Assembly: GCA_045837725.1 (NCBI GenBank)
Contig: JBEWZL010000126.1
Span: forward strand, 1-64,000
DNA: 64,000 nucleotides
Direction of reading: 5' to 3'
Source: Vermamoeba vermiformis
Lineage: Eukaryota
Under the pieces are notes generated by a model. The model was not told where the DNA came from. It saw nothing but the letters and a program-made list of their open reading frames with translations, and made no database searches. The position numbers and the translations under genes are program-made. How positions within the stretch are numbered: the first letter of the stretch is position 1; each line of letters begins with the position of its first letter. Below, one piece after another: positions 1 to 11,810 of the stretch.

Positions 1-739
1 AAATACTAAATTACAATAAAATATAAGATTTAATCTACTTACGCTTGATTCATTGCCAGTCATCGAGCGGTCCGACTGTCGCGCTCGATCTAGCACTCGC
101 ATCTTTGCTTACGTTCCAACAGCCTTTTAAATAGTGATTAATATTTTGTTTTAGTAATGAAATGAACAACAATTTTAATTTTACAGAAGCGCGAAGCTCG
201 ATCCGTAATAACAATTTAATTTAAATTATTAGTGTAATTTTAAATTTGAAAATGACGCATTCCTTGCGTCTTATTGGTTGTTGGTATTATTAAAATCAAA
301 CTTACCAATTATTTTGATGCGTCCAACGCATCCGATCTCGTCATCTTGTAACCGAAGCCGTCGGCGAGCAGTGGTGATGGTCCCAGCAGTGGTACACGAA
401 CGGATAGTGCCAGTGTACCATGAAACGACCATTGGTGGTCGGGATCTCACGCATCGAAAGTAGCTGGAACTTTCGATCGCGCTTAAAGTTCGTAAGGAAA
501 ATCTAAATAAAAAATTACGTGTCAGTATGTTGTACTTAATATAGTTTAATCGTTATTAATTAAAAATCCGGATAAAATCCGAGCACTAAGCTCGATCCGG
601 ATCTGATTTTTTAATTGAAAACTTAAAAATTGAATTTACGATATTATAATTATAAAGATGGTGGAAGGATATTAAGAAAATATTACCTTGAATATTCTCG
701 GTCTCTGCACCGAGATTGTTCGCCTACTTGTTCGCGATC

Positions 740-1435
740 TTAACGCCGCGCTGGAACAACGCTGAATGTCGTTTGGCGCGTGTGTGTTAATAATAAACGA
801 CCAATCTAATTGACCAAATCGACCCTTGTGGTCGATCTGTTGCGAATCCTAGATTCGCTACTGTCAATCCTCAAAATAACTCGCTGAACGGCCGTGTTGA
901 CTGTGGCACGGCACTGTCTGCTGGTAATAAACAATAAATAAATATAACGACCTTTGTGGTCGTTCTGTTGAATTACTGATGCGAAATAGCCCGTGCGCCA
1001 TTTTCGCATCAGCTCTAATCCGCAGATCCTCCAAAATAACTCGCGCTGGAATGGCTCTGATGCCGCGGCGCGTTACTATCAGCTGTAAATAAACGGAAAA
1101 ATAAATAAAACGACCCTTGTGGTCGATCTGTCTAAGGTTTTAAAAATAGTTTCTAAAGTTGACGCGTGCGATTTTGATTAATCCGAAATTACTCGCGCTG
1201 AATGACTTTGTCGTCGTGGCGCGTCACTAACAGGTGCTAATAATTAATACATAATCAATAATTCGACCCTTTGTGGTCGATCTACCAATTTCGCGACCGG
1301 TTTGTTCCAAAAATAACTCGCGCTGTAACGGCTCTGATGCCGCCACGTGGCGTGTTACTGTCAATTGAAATAGCGTCTAAATAATAATAATAAATCAGCT
1401 GAATGTTCAATTCGACCCTTGTGGTCGATCTGTCA
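740..1435. repeat. Degenerate tandem array, ~130-165 bp period, with conserved hairpin CGACC-YTT(T)GT-GGTCG
   Basis: The hairpin core starts at 820, 948, 1111, 1264 and 1413. A second conserved block, AAA(T)TAACTCGC(GC)TG, lies at ~873, 1033, 1186 and 1311. The segments between them differ. Confidence 0.85.
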
Positions 1436-2130
1436 CGGACTTGAAGAAAAATTGACGGGTGCGATCTTGGCTAAGTTCGTAATAAACACAGAATTTCTTA
1501 AAATGATTTTATTTAAACTAATGAGACAATTGGATGACGCGAGTAACGAGAATCTCATTCATCTCGCGGATTTAAATTGAGATCGAGGTTCAAATCTGAC
1601 CTCAAACTCAGCCAAAAAATAAATTATTGCCAGAATTGTTATTATTACGTACCCCAAATTATACTAAAGCCATTAATTGTTCATTGCTCTTCTTCGATCC
1701 GTCAATTTGACAAGGCGGATCTCCGCAACGTTTTCTCCACTTCCTGGGGACCGAGAATTTTTCTGGTATTTTTCCGCGTTGTTTCTCGGCAGTCTAAACA
1801 ACATCTAATCAATTAAAATCTCAAATGAATATTTCTCTTAAAGTTAGCGATCCTGATCCCCTCCAGCGCCCTTGGGACCCATCGCTATTTCTCGCTTACC
1901 TTATCAATTTTATCGGGGACCCTTACTGGTCCCAATAGCTCATTGTTGGAGCTATCTTTCTAAGCTGTCACGAAATTGAATTAAGATGTTCATGTTCAAT
2001 TTCGTTTGTTTTGCTCTGATTTTTGTTAAACTTTTTCAGGCCCTCTCCATGCCAATTTCCAGCCATTGGGGGCCATTCCTTGCTCCCAAACCCGATGGCT
2101 GTAAACGCTCCTGCTTCTTTGATCCACTGC

Positions 2131-2167
2131 CCCTAACCCTATGTCTAACCCTAACCCTAGCCCTAAC
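2131..2167. repeat. Short interstitial telomere-like (CCCTAA)n tract
   Basis: The sequence ccctaaccctatgtctaaccctaaccctagccctaac. Confidence 0.55.
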
Positions 2168-2506
2168 AAAAGCAGTTTTTCAACTCCTTTTCTACCTTGC
2201 ATCCCCACACAAGGGATGTGTGCTGTGTTGTAAGAATATCCATAGTAACTTCCCCGTCAGAAGTTTGAGGACGGAGTTTCGACCGGAGTTAAATTTTTAC
2301 GAATTAATTTCTAAATCAACAAAATTACAAAAACGCTTATATGCATACTATTATATATATCAATATTTACCATTAGCATTAAACGGATTTTGAATCCGAT
2401 TTTTTGTAAAGATTCTCCCGCCACTTTTTGTCCGTTTTTTTTAAACGGAAAATTGGCTACTATTTCGTAATTTTCTGCACACGAGCACCACGCAAGACTA
2501 ACTTTG

Positions 2507-3936
2507 ATGGAAAAAAATAACAAAGAGGTAAGTTATCACGTTTCAAACCGAAAACATAGGCAAAAAGCTTCGTTTTATCAATTTTAATTGCGTTTTTGAA
2601 ATTTTTCCGTTTCTAAATCCGATCAATTTTCGCAGGTCAAACGGAAGCCAGTGCCGAAGCGCAAGGGGGCCAAAAAACTTTCAAAGAAGCAGAAGAGGCT
2701 TAAAACTATGTAAGTCATGCGAAAAAATTATTTAAACCTTACTCATTAGCAAAAATTAGAACCACCAAGCGGCAGAAGGCCAGATCTGATGGTTGGGAGC
2801 CACTTACTCCCTCCCCAATTCGTTTCATTGAGACCAAAGTGCCTAGTACTGTTAAGCTTGAGCCCTTGACTGGTCACACTCCACTGGACTGCTTCAAATT
2901 GCTGTGGAGTCCGAACATTCACGAGAAATGGATTGCACAAACCAGGGCAAATGTGCCTCGTTTTCATCGAGCCCTCCGCGAAGACCACTTGATAGCTACA
3001 GGCTGGGACTATATAGGCTGCCACTTGGACTTTATCGTGGACCCTCATGATGCTTTGAAAGACCACTGGACTTACAAGGACTACCTTCCAGGACGTGACA
3101 TCATGTTGGATCTGCATGCACAGCGTGATTCAGTCGACTCTCATACTCTTGCTATGCTTTTGAGTGACAACTTCAGTACCTATGTTGACATAGGGTCCCA
3201 TGTCACTATTGACGAGATAGTTGCCCCCTCTCATATCGATAGCACAGCGGTGTCAGTCATTCCGCGAAAGCCCCACTCACATGGTATACTTGTCTGGGCT
3301 GCTGCTGTCAAACTCCTGAACCAAGCTCCATATCTGGTCCGTATATTACCCAAGACTGAAGAGTATCCTGACTGGAAGACAGAAGAGATTGTGGAACAGT
3401 TGGTTGGAGCTCTTAATCCTTCAATTAAGAGAAATTTCATCATGGACTCCTGGTTCGACAGCCTGGCCGTGCGCAAGTACCTCACCGCAAAGGGCCAGTA
3501 TTACACGTTAGGTGCACATGCAGGCAGAGACAAAGACTTCTGGGACCAAGCTAGACATGGTCTGCTTCCTCATATGTGGAGACAGTATCAAAACAACTCA
3601 ACTAAGCAGCTTGCCTCTGTCTTTTCGGATGAAGGGGTGCATCTCTGTGTGTCATCTGCGTACCGTCCCCTGCACCGTTTGAACCAAGACCTCGATAGAT
3701 GTCCTCTCTCAGAGGCTTATAAGAAGCACTTCAATGTAGTGGATCTTTTCAATCGAAACTTCTATAAGAATTTGCTTCCCCACCGGAGAATGACTGTCAA
3801 CAAGGTTTTGTTCGACTCCTACATTTTGATCGCTCTGCTCAATGCACGTGCATTGTACATGAGTCAAGATGAGGTAGAACCCTTGCCTGTTAAACAATTC
3901 ATTCTTGAGTGTCGAAACTCCATCTTTAATATGTGA
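2507..3936 (+). CDS. piggyBac-family (DDE_Tnp_1_7-like) transposase, 3 exons
   Basis: Catalytic-type motifs VTIDE, IMDSWF and VVDLFNR, plus IPRKPHSHG. Two upstream exons (MEKNNKE and basic VKRKPVPKRKGAKKLSKKQKRLKT) splice in frame into the 2839-3936 ORF. No C-terminal Cys-rich domain. Confidence 0.85.
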
Positions 3937-4069
3937 TTTGCATTTTTGAATACCACTATATAAAACTATTCATAAAATAAAAAGTCAGGCCGAAACTCAG
4001 TCCTCAAGCTTCTGACGGGGAAGGTAAATACTTTCAATAAGTTTGTGTAGTGTTCTTTTTGGCAGGTGC

Positions 4070-4316
4070 ATCCTACAAAGGGGATGCCTACCCTGTCCCC
4101 ATGAAGGGGATGCCTACCCCGTCCCCACAAAGGGGATGCCTATCCCATCCCCACAAAGGGGATGCCTACCCCGTCCCCGTGAAGGAGATGCCTACCCCGT
4201 CCCCACGAAGGGGATGCCTACCCCGTCCCTGCGAAGGAATGCCTACCCCGTCCCCACAAAGGGGATGCCTACCCCCTCCCCATGAAGGAGATGCCTACCC
4301 TGTCCCCACAAAGGGG
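4070..4316. repeat. GC-rich 27-bp minisatellite, about 9 copies
   Basis: Tandem unit GGGATGCCTACCCCGTCCCCACAAAGG with substitutions. Confidence 0.95.
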
Positions 4317-4624
4317 TTGTCATTGATATTTGGCAGGCCAAACCCATTTTTTTTTTGTGTGGCCAGCCCTGTCAGCCAGCCTGGCCCTAAAGTATATATA
4401 TAATTGTCTCAAGAACTTGTCTGCCTCACCTTAAAGGTAGAGTTCATCCAGTTTCCTTTTTTTTTATGGCTGGCCATAATTTGTATCCTCAGTCTGTTTA
4501 GCTTTATGGCTGGCCATAAATTTGATTACTTAAAAAAACACTCGCTTTGTATTGGCACATGAAATCTTTATTTTACACTTAAATGAAGTCAATACAAGCC
4601 CTCTACATGATGTTTAATGTGACA

Positions 4625-4822
4625 GGAACGCCTCCTGTTGACCAATTTTACCAGACCCTGATCTGTGCCGTGGGAACACTTGTTGTTGACCAGACCCCCA
4701 TCCACACCACAGGGACGCTCCCTTGTTGACCAAGTTTGACCAGACCCCCGTCCGCGCCACGGGGACGCCCCCTTGTTGACCAAGTTTGACCAGACCCCCG
4801 TCCGCGTCACGGGGACGCCCCT
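4625..4822. repeat. 50-bp minisatellite, about 4 copies
   Basis: Unit GGGGACGCCCCCTTGTTGACCAAGTTTGACCAGACCCCCGTCCGCGCCAC. Copies 4711-4760 and 4761-4810 are nearly identical. Confidence 0.9.
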
Positions 4823-4839
4823 GTAAAAAAAGTTAAAAG

Positions 4840-5904
4840 TTAAACCCTAAAGTAGAAGTTAGCCCTACATAGTATACTAATGTCCTGTTGAACAGTTTTT
4901 GACTTTCCAAGCAATGATTGGTACGCTTGGTGGGCAGTTTCTTTTGTTCTCTTTGGGGCATATACACTTATTGGATACATAGGCTTCTCCATTGTGCATG
5001 CTCGGCATCCCTTCAATCCAGAATGAGATTTCACTCCTACAACTTCATTTGAGGCAGGAATATCCCCAATTGTTAGCAATAATTCAACATGCACTTGACC
5101 TTGAAGTTCTTCTTCCAACTCTAGTAACTGAGCAACTAGAATTTCTGTAACTTGTTGGGTAATTGTTGCTTGCTTTTCAGTTTTTGGAACAATGCAAAAA
5201 GGCCATTTGACATCCATTCTACGTTTAATGTTTCCAGGACAATTAGAAATGCACACATAAAACACACCAAAGGACTGGTTTTTGGTGAGATTAGTGTCAT
5301 CATAATAGTACTCCACTGTACACTGAATTAACTTTAATCTGATTGGATAAGTACTTGTAGACTTACACGCAATAGCATGCTTAGCTCTGGAGGACCTAAA
5401 TCTTGCTATAAATGATACAAATGCACTTCCACTTCTGATAGAATCAAAATTTTTTCCATCGTATGTACTATCTTGATATAGACTGTCTATTATATCTTTG
5501 TCTTCTCTAATGTAAGAGATATAATCCTTGACAGAGTAAACAGGAACTGTTATCTCCAATTGATTTTCTTTTACCATTGTATATTCGTCAACTTGAAAGC
5601 AATGTTTTTCAAATTTATCTCTAAGGGCTGCAAAGCTTGCAGGAACATCTTCCAAATTCAAATCTTTGTGCTTCAAGACTTGAACTAACTGATTAAAACA
5701 AGTTTCTGACAGTCCATTTTCTTGTTGTAAGCACAACAACATTTTTTCTGTAAAAGTCAGTGGTATTGCTGGAGCCACGACTTTTGAATTTGCTTTGCTT
5801 TTTTCTGGTTGCTTTGGAACATTATCTTCTACATTTCTTTCAATTGATTCTTCTTCATCAACGTCCATTTGCTCAAGGAGTTGCTCTTCCATTTCATTTT
5901 CCAC
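4840..5904 (-). pseudogene. CACTA/Mirage-like transposase, C-terminally truncated
   Basis: YYYDDTN..FGVFYVCISNCP..R, ILVAQLLELEE and LLTIGDIPA..VG..H....CRAC match CMC transposase motifs. The ORF stops next to the minisatellite. A frameshifted zinc-finger-like remnant (WPAHVKGYQH) lies upstream. Confidence 0.7.
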
Positions 5905-6209
5905 AATTTCAATAATTTGATTATTATTATTGATATGTGGATTAGTGGCGTTATTTTTATTTTGTTTTTGATATTGTTGGATTGCTTTTGCATTGTCTAC
6001 TGCCTTGGTGTGCTGGTAGCCCTTAACGTGTGCAGGCCAGTCATCATAGTTTCAAATGGAACCAAACACCGATATTATTAAAGGTGAATTAAAAAACGAG
6101 GTGGAGGAGGAGATATTAGCAGAGGGATCTATTTTATGGCAACGGTTTCAATCCTCTTCATCATCCAGAATCTAACAGTGTAATCAGCCACGTATAAATT
6201 GTATTTGAA

Positions 6210-6853
6210 ATGACAACAAAGCCAAAACCCTTGACTAAAAAAAATGAGGTAATCAATTAAAATGTCTGTTGCTAATACCAAAACCCATCATTATTAGGAA
6301 GTTACCATTCAAAGTTTAGCAAACAAAATAGAAGTTCTACAATCAAAGCTAGATGAATTACTTGCCACTGTTGAAAGTGGCTTTGAGAAAATCCATCAAG
6401 ATAATTCTGACTTATCCATTGCCATTACACAAGAGCTTAGTAAAGCAGTAAATAAAAAGGTGAAGTACTCCACACTGTCTGAAGATCAAAAAGTAAGTTT
6501 TAAAAATCAAGCATTACAAAGTTTCATTTGTTTTTTTAGACCCAGATGCGAGAATCTCTAACACATTTATGGTGGAAAGATCCTTCAGTTAAAGTTGATG
6601 CTACCTTTGTTGCTAAGTTATTTAATATTGAAGCTCAATCAGCTACAAATGCACAGTTTGTCAAAGAGATCCTTTGCAGCCAAAAGCCCAAAGCGAGGAA
6701 AAAAGTAAGCTTCCTAATATATATGTATTGTTAAACCAAAACCACTTTAGAAGAAAGCTTGCTGCAGTTGCTACTGAAGTTGACGAAGACAGCTCTGTTG
6801 TAGAAGAAGACCCTTTGGTCAACAGTGTTGAAAACAATACAAACAGAAATTAG
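6210..6853 (+). CDS. Spliced small coiled-coil protein, probably a transposon accessory ORF; last exon possibly frameshifted
   Basis: MTTKPKPLTKKNE / EVTIQSLANK..SEDQK / TQMRESLTHLWW..ARKK join in frame across GT-AG introns. The best-looking last-exon frame is off by one. Confidence 0.5.
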
Positions 6854-7459
6854 CAAAGAAAATCAAAATTGAACCATCTTTGCTGTTTTTGATCAGAAAA
6901 CTTTTAAATCTAAGCTAGATTTTGCACAAACAAATTGACAAACAAAAATAAATACCATTCATTGCTCAAAAATAATTGTTCTTTGCATTGACAAGCACCA
7001 TTTCATAGCATAGAGGATCATTTTTGCATCTGATTCTGAAAACCCATCGAAAGAAGCAGAGAGCAGCAAAAACAATGTTATTAGCTGATGGTATTTTTGC
7101 ATTTATTCTCTTCTTTATTTTGCTTTGATACATAAGGCAAAGATGCTTGTCTTTCCTAGTATTATCAAAGCAAATATAGTCTTACACCAGACATACATCA
7201 ACTAAGAGGAAAGTATAGCAAAGACAAAATAGAGGTAGATTTATGATTTTGTATTACAGGTCTTTGCTTGATATTGACTTGTGGCCCTAGCAGTGGGTTG
7301 TAATAACATTTAAGCCATATTTCAGATCTGGTAAAATTCTCACGATATATCATGATATCGCCAAGAGATTTTTGAATTATCACAGAAGTGGGTTTTGCTC
7401 ACGATTAACAACACTACATTTGATTGAAAAGTTAAATCAAAGTTGATACTGAATGATAG

Positions 7460-8840
7460 GTCTATTATAGGGTGCCACTTAACATAACATGAAATTGAAA
7501 TTGGATTTGAATGCAATATAGCTCTCTCTACTGGGATCCACCACACATTTAAATGAAAAATGATTGATTTTGACTACTGATTGATCTATTGGAAGCCACT
7601 CAACAATTCATGAAGCAAGCATCTGATGCACCATTCAATCTGATTCAAACTCTACTATTGGATACCAACTATCAAACAGATACATTGAAGAGTTGATGCA
7701 TAAATCAGATTCAATCTCTATTATTGGGTACCAGCTAATAAAATAGAAGATATTGAAGAATTGAAGCTTTAATGAACTTGAACTCTCTCTTATTGGGTGC
7801 CAGCTATCATTAAGCATGAAACATCACACATTCATCAATACCATTCTCTTTATCAGGATACCGCTTAACATTAGAGAATAATTACATCAGATTGCACCGA
7901 TTCTCCTGCTTGGATACCACCACACATTGGAATGAAAAACATTGAATTTAATTATTGAGCACCTATTTGAATCAGATATCATTGATCTATATACTGGATA
8001 CCACCTAATGTTAGCAAGAAATAGCATTGATTTTGCATTCATTTCTCTCTATTATAGGGTACCACCTAAGAAAATAGATAACGAACGAATATAATAGATA
8101 CAAAACATTGATCATTCATCATCATCTATCTCTCTATTGGATACCACCTAACATTTGGAAGAGAAACATTGTATTTGATGCATGAATCTCTCTATTGGAT
8201 ACCACCTAACATCAAGAATTAAATCATTATCAAATCACATGAATCTCATCTGTCAGGATACCGCCAATCTGGAAGATGCAGAAGTGGATATGATGCAGGT
8301 ATCATGCATCAGCAGACTTAAAGCAACCATTAGCTGTGAACCAACATTGACATCTTCATTCTATTCTCATTCATTGGAATCCACCTAACATTCAGATCAA
8401 AATCATTGATTTATATCATCATTCTCATTATTTGGGTGCCGCATTTGAAAAAGCGGACATGAATGAAACAGGATTAGACTGCCCGCTTCAGTAGATTTAA
8501 AGCATTAATTAGCTGTTAAATAGCATTGATTACTATACCAATCTACTTACATTGATATCGTGATCACTCTATCCACACTCATCTCTCTTCTATTGGGTGC
8601 CGCCCATCATTCATGATGCGGACATGAATATGAAGCATGATCACACTTCATGCATCATTATACTTAAAGCATCCATTTACCAATTAACCAACATTGATCA
8701 ACTTTAACAATGAAATTTCATTCTCCTTTCTCATTACTCTTGGAAGCCGCTTAAGAAAGCGGAAATAAACTTGATGAATGGATACTTATTATTAGAATCA
8801 AATACTTTACCTTGGAAGCCGCATTTAATTAAAGCGGAAG
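7460..8840. repeat. Interspaced motif array, consensus TCTCT(CT)ATT-GGNNNCC-RC-YTAAC, about 17-18 copies
   Basis: Cores GGATACC, GGGTACC, GGGTGCC and GGAAGCC recur every ~55-85 bp from ~7470 to ~8260, then more sparsely to ~8820. Confidence 0.8.
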
Positions 8841-9174
8841 TATATTGTTGATTGCATCTAATAATTAAATGATCATAATAAGGATTTGGACTTATCAGTG
8901 CTCGCGCAGAATGTCACAATCCAACATATTAAAATGACAAATGCACAGGTGCATCAGCGAGGGCAGTTTGTTGTCGGGCACCACTTGGCTAGGGTCAGAT
9001 GCTGGATGGCTTGATGACAAAGCTGTTTGTTACTCACAAGTTAACTCGTCGAATTGGACTTGCCTACAACTTGCTTTTTGAAATAGACACGGTTCATCAT
9101 TAAATTGTTCAATACTCTATTTTGCAAACTTAGGATTGCTGCTTGGTTCTCTTACTAGCTAATTTAAATAATGC

Positions 9175-10149
9175 CTAATTTTTCTTTGTGTACTGAACGT
9201 TAATGTAAAAGCAAGTCTTTAATGAAAACAACAACGCAATACATGAACCACCTAATTAGGAGGCAGCATTGTAACGCACTTCATGGTCTTGAAAATAAGT
9301 CCGAGTTAGAGTAACCCCAAACACTATTGTATACTAACCTCAGAAGCTTGGCATTTTCCAACATCGTTATCTGTTACTTTTTGATCCACCGTGCACCCGT
9401 CACAAGAATAATCGTTGCAGTGTTTAAATTGAATCTCCGTTCGAGTTGTGCTGCGATTGAATGAATTAATTAATTTAACGTGTATAATTATTACGTACTC
9501 AGTACAAGTGATCAGCTTCGCTCTATTCACCCAGGTTATGAAGCACAAATCCGTTATAGTTCCAGTATGCAGGATCGAGTTGGTGCAGTTCGTTTCTGCG
9601 GACTTAAACGTTAGTAGCCATCTATTGCCATACAAAATATCAGGAGCTGGACCACAAGTGCGCAGAATGGACTCAACCGTGTGAGGTGTTGAGTGCATGC
9701 AGCCATCCAACAGGCTCGAATCATCGCCAGAGCACTGGTTGGGATCGCAATTTGAGTCGCAATATGTTACAGATGACATAATGCAACCATTGCACTTATT
9801 CGCTCGATAGAAGTCCGGGTTGTCCACATCTCTTGCGCAAACATTCAACTGTCTGTAAAAGAAACTCTTTGGCTGACTGCAATTACCACCACTAAATCGA
9901 ACTTCATAGTAGCCATCCGGAAAACGCTTTATATCTGTTTAAATGTCAGCACTGCGTAACGAAAGAATACTGAAAAAAATTTTTTTATTACTTATTAGTA
10001 AAATAAATTTAAACTGTGCGTTATAACTGAAATCGAGAATAAATCCGTAATTTGTTGCAATTACCAGTGTTGGGTTTTAAAGAATAAGCGACGGCGCCAC
10101 ACAAGGTCATAAAGACCAATAAGGTAGATATTAGGGCTTTTGTGTTCAT
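9175..10149 (-). CDS. Secreted cysteine-rich protein, multi-exon
   Basis: Signal peptide MNTKALISTLLVFMTLCGAVAYS followed by a GT donor, and a Cys-rich exon at 9324-9848. The 3' end is approximate. Confidence 0.65.
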
Positions 10150-10420
10150 TGCGTGCAATAATAATATTTGGTACAATTTTTTTTCTCTGTCAGGAAAAAT
10201 TGGTCGGCATGTTCCAATTCCGAAGAGCTAATCGGAAAATTAACCGTAATTCGGCTCTAACCATGCATGAACAAGTAACGGAACGAACCTCAGTATTGAA
10301 GTACGCAAAGACAAAGCAACTAAAATGAGTACTCGTGCTGCGACCGAAGCAGTATTAAAATTTTATTATTTTTATCAGGTCGGTTTACCGTTGTCCAAGA
10401 AGTAAGCTAGTTTGGCCGAT

Positions 10421-11479
10421 TCACTCCACTGTGACTACAACTTTGCCGCGAGATAATCCTTCGCCAAGACACTGCATAGCCGTTTTAGCCTCTGACAAAG
10501 GAAAGAGCTTGTCAATCGACACGGCAATGTTCCCTTTCTCCACTAGATCGACTAGCTCACTCATATCTTTGTTTGGCTCGTGCGCCAGAATGCTCATTTG
10601 CTTGCCTACGCACCAAGAGATCCATTTGCTCCAAGCAAGTGTGTTCAGAATGAGCGCGACTTGTCCGCCAACAAGTACATAGCGACCATTATTCCGCAAC
10701 GCGTTCTGGTAGTTGCTAACCGAGTGATGACCAACTAAGTCTATTATGACATCATAAGGCTTGTTATTAGCGTTCATATTCGTGAAGTCTTCCTTCGTGT
10801 AGTCCACAACTTCTGTCGCTCCGAGAGATTTCATCATTTCAAATTTAGCGGCCGAGTCAACAGCAATGATTTCGCCGGCACCAAAGTGACGTGCAAGTTG
10901 AATAGTATATGTGCCTGCTCCACCACCTGCGCCGTTAATTGCCACGCGATCACCAGGACGGATCTTCGCCTGTCGAAGTGCTTGAAGTGCGACTAACCCT
11001 GCTTGCGGCAATGCAGCTGCTCGTTCAAAAGACATGCTCTGAGGTTTAGCAGTCAACATCTTCTCCGAGGCACAAGCGTATTCAGCGAGTGCACCGCCTT
11101 TCTTGCTCCACATAATGTCGCCAAAAACTTCGTCGCCAATCTTAAATTTTGTGACTTTGGGGCCAACAGCTTCGATGCAGCCGCTCACGTCAGTGCCTAA
11201 AATGAGTCTACTTGGTCGTGTGAGGCCCCACATGCGGACATAAGCGGGAGATCCGGTCAGAAATTCCCAGTCAGAATGGTTGAGGGCAACTGCGCGAACG
11301 CAGATCAGAACCTCGTCATTGACTGGATGTGGCTTGAGTACATCAGTTTTTAGCTGGAGCTGTTCCCAATTGCCATATTGAGAATACACGACAGCTCTCA
11401 TTTTCGTTACCAAACTTCGAAAAACGGATGCTGCCATAATCACTGCGCAAAAAATCGTAAATAAAGTTATTAGCGTCAA
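10421..11479 (-). CDS. NAD(P)-dependent MDR-family (quinone oxidoreductase/alcohol dehydrogenase-like) oxidoreductase, intronless
   Basis: MRAVVY, ILGTDVSG, GALAEYA, INGAGGGAGT and GKVVV. The real start is probably the MAASV or MRAVV ATG. Confidence 0.9.
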   Translation of the reverse strand: MTLITLFTIFCAVIMAASVFRSLVTKMRAVVYSQYGNWEQLQLKTDVLKPHPVNDEVLICVRAVALNHSDWEFLTGSPAYVRMWGLTRPSRLILGTDVSGCIEAVGPKVTKFKIGDEVFGDIMWSKKGGALAEYACASEKMLTAKPQSMSFERAAALPQAGLVALQALRQAKIRPGDRVAINGAGGGAGTYTIQLARHFGAGEIIAVDSAAKFEMMKSLGATEVVDYTKEDFTNMNANNKPYDVIIDLVGHHSVSNYQNALRNNGRYVLVGGQVALILNTLAWSKWISWCVGKQMSILAHEPNKDMSELVDLVEKGNIAVSIDKLFPLSEAKTAMQCLGEGLSRGKVVVTVE

Positions 11480-11810
11480 TTAATATTAGCAGGAAACAAG
11501 GGCAATAATGTTAATGGATATCTCTCCTTTCAGAAATTATTTAAATTTTGATCAAAAAAAAACTTACCAGATGTGCGGAAGGAAGCCTGTTTTTATAAAG
11601 AAGACGCTGGGCGAAACATTAATACTGTTGGTTGCGAAAAAAGAAGACTGCCACGTCACTAAGATTTCTTTTTTACGCAGCTGCGCTTGACGTCAACAGG
11701 CTGCCACGTGCGAGTTTAAGCACTTGTTCGGCTAGTTTAATTATAAGTCCTTACGCCTCGGTAGTTGAGGTCTTCTTGTTTGATCTACATTTATCAAAGA
11801 TTTATTTTTT

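Larger units (their letters stand above)
4840..8900 (-). mobile_element. Truncated CACTA/EnSpm (CMC)-type DNA transposon, one end only
   Basis: Contains a transposase fragment, a divergent second spliced ORF and a subterminal motif array. It ends ...CTTATCAGTG at 8900 (CACTG on the minus strand), after which CpG-rich sequence resumes. The partner terminus was not found in the window. Confidence 0.55.

Noticed and set aside
2131-2167. True chromosome end
   Set aside because: There are only a few imperfect CCCTAA units, with ordinary sequence on both sides.
4043-4810. ORFs 4043-4285, 4050-4403 and 4589-4810
   Set aside because: They are read-throughs of minisatellites.
7340-7817. ORFs with repeated W(Y/H)PI motifs
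   Set aside because: These are translations of the non-coding motif array; the frame is not maintained between units.
7460-8840. Bona fide CRISPR array
   Set aside because: Repeats are too degenerate and irregularly spaced, there are no cas genes, the context is eukaryotic, and a transposon subterminal position explains it.
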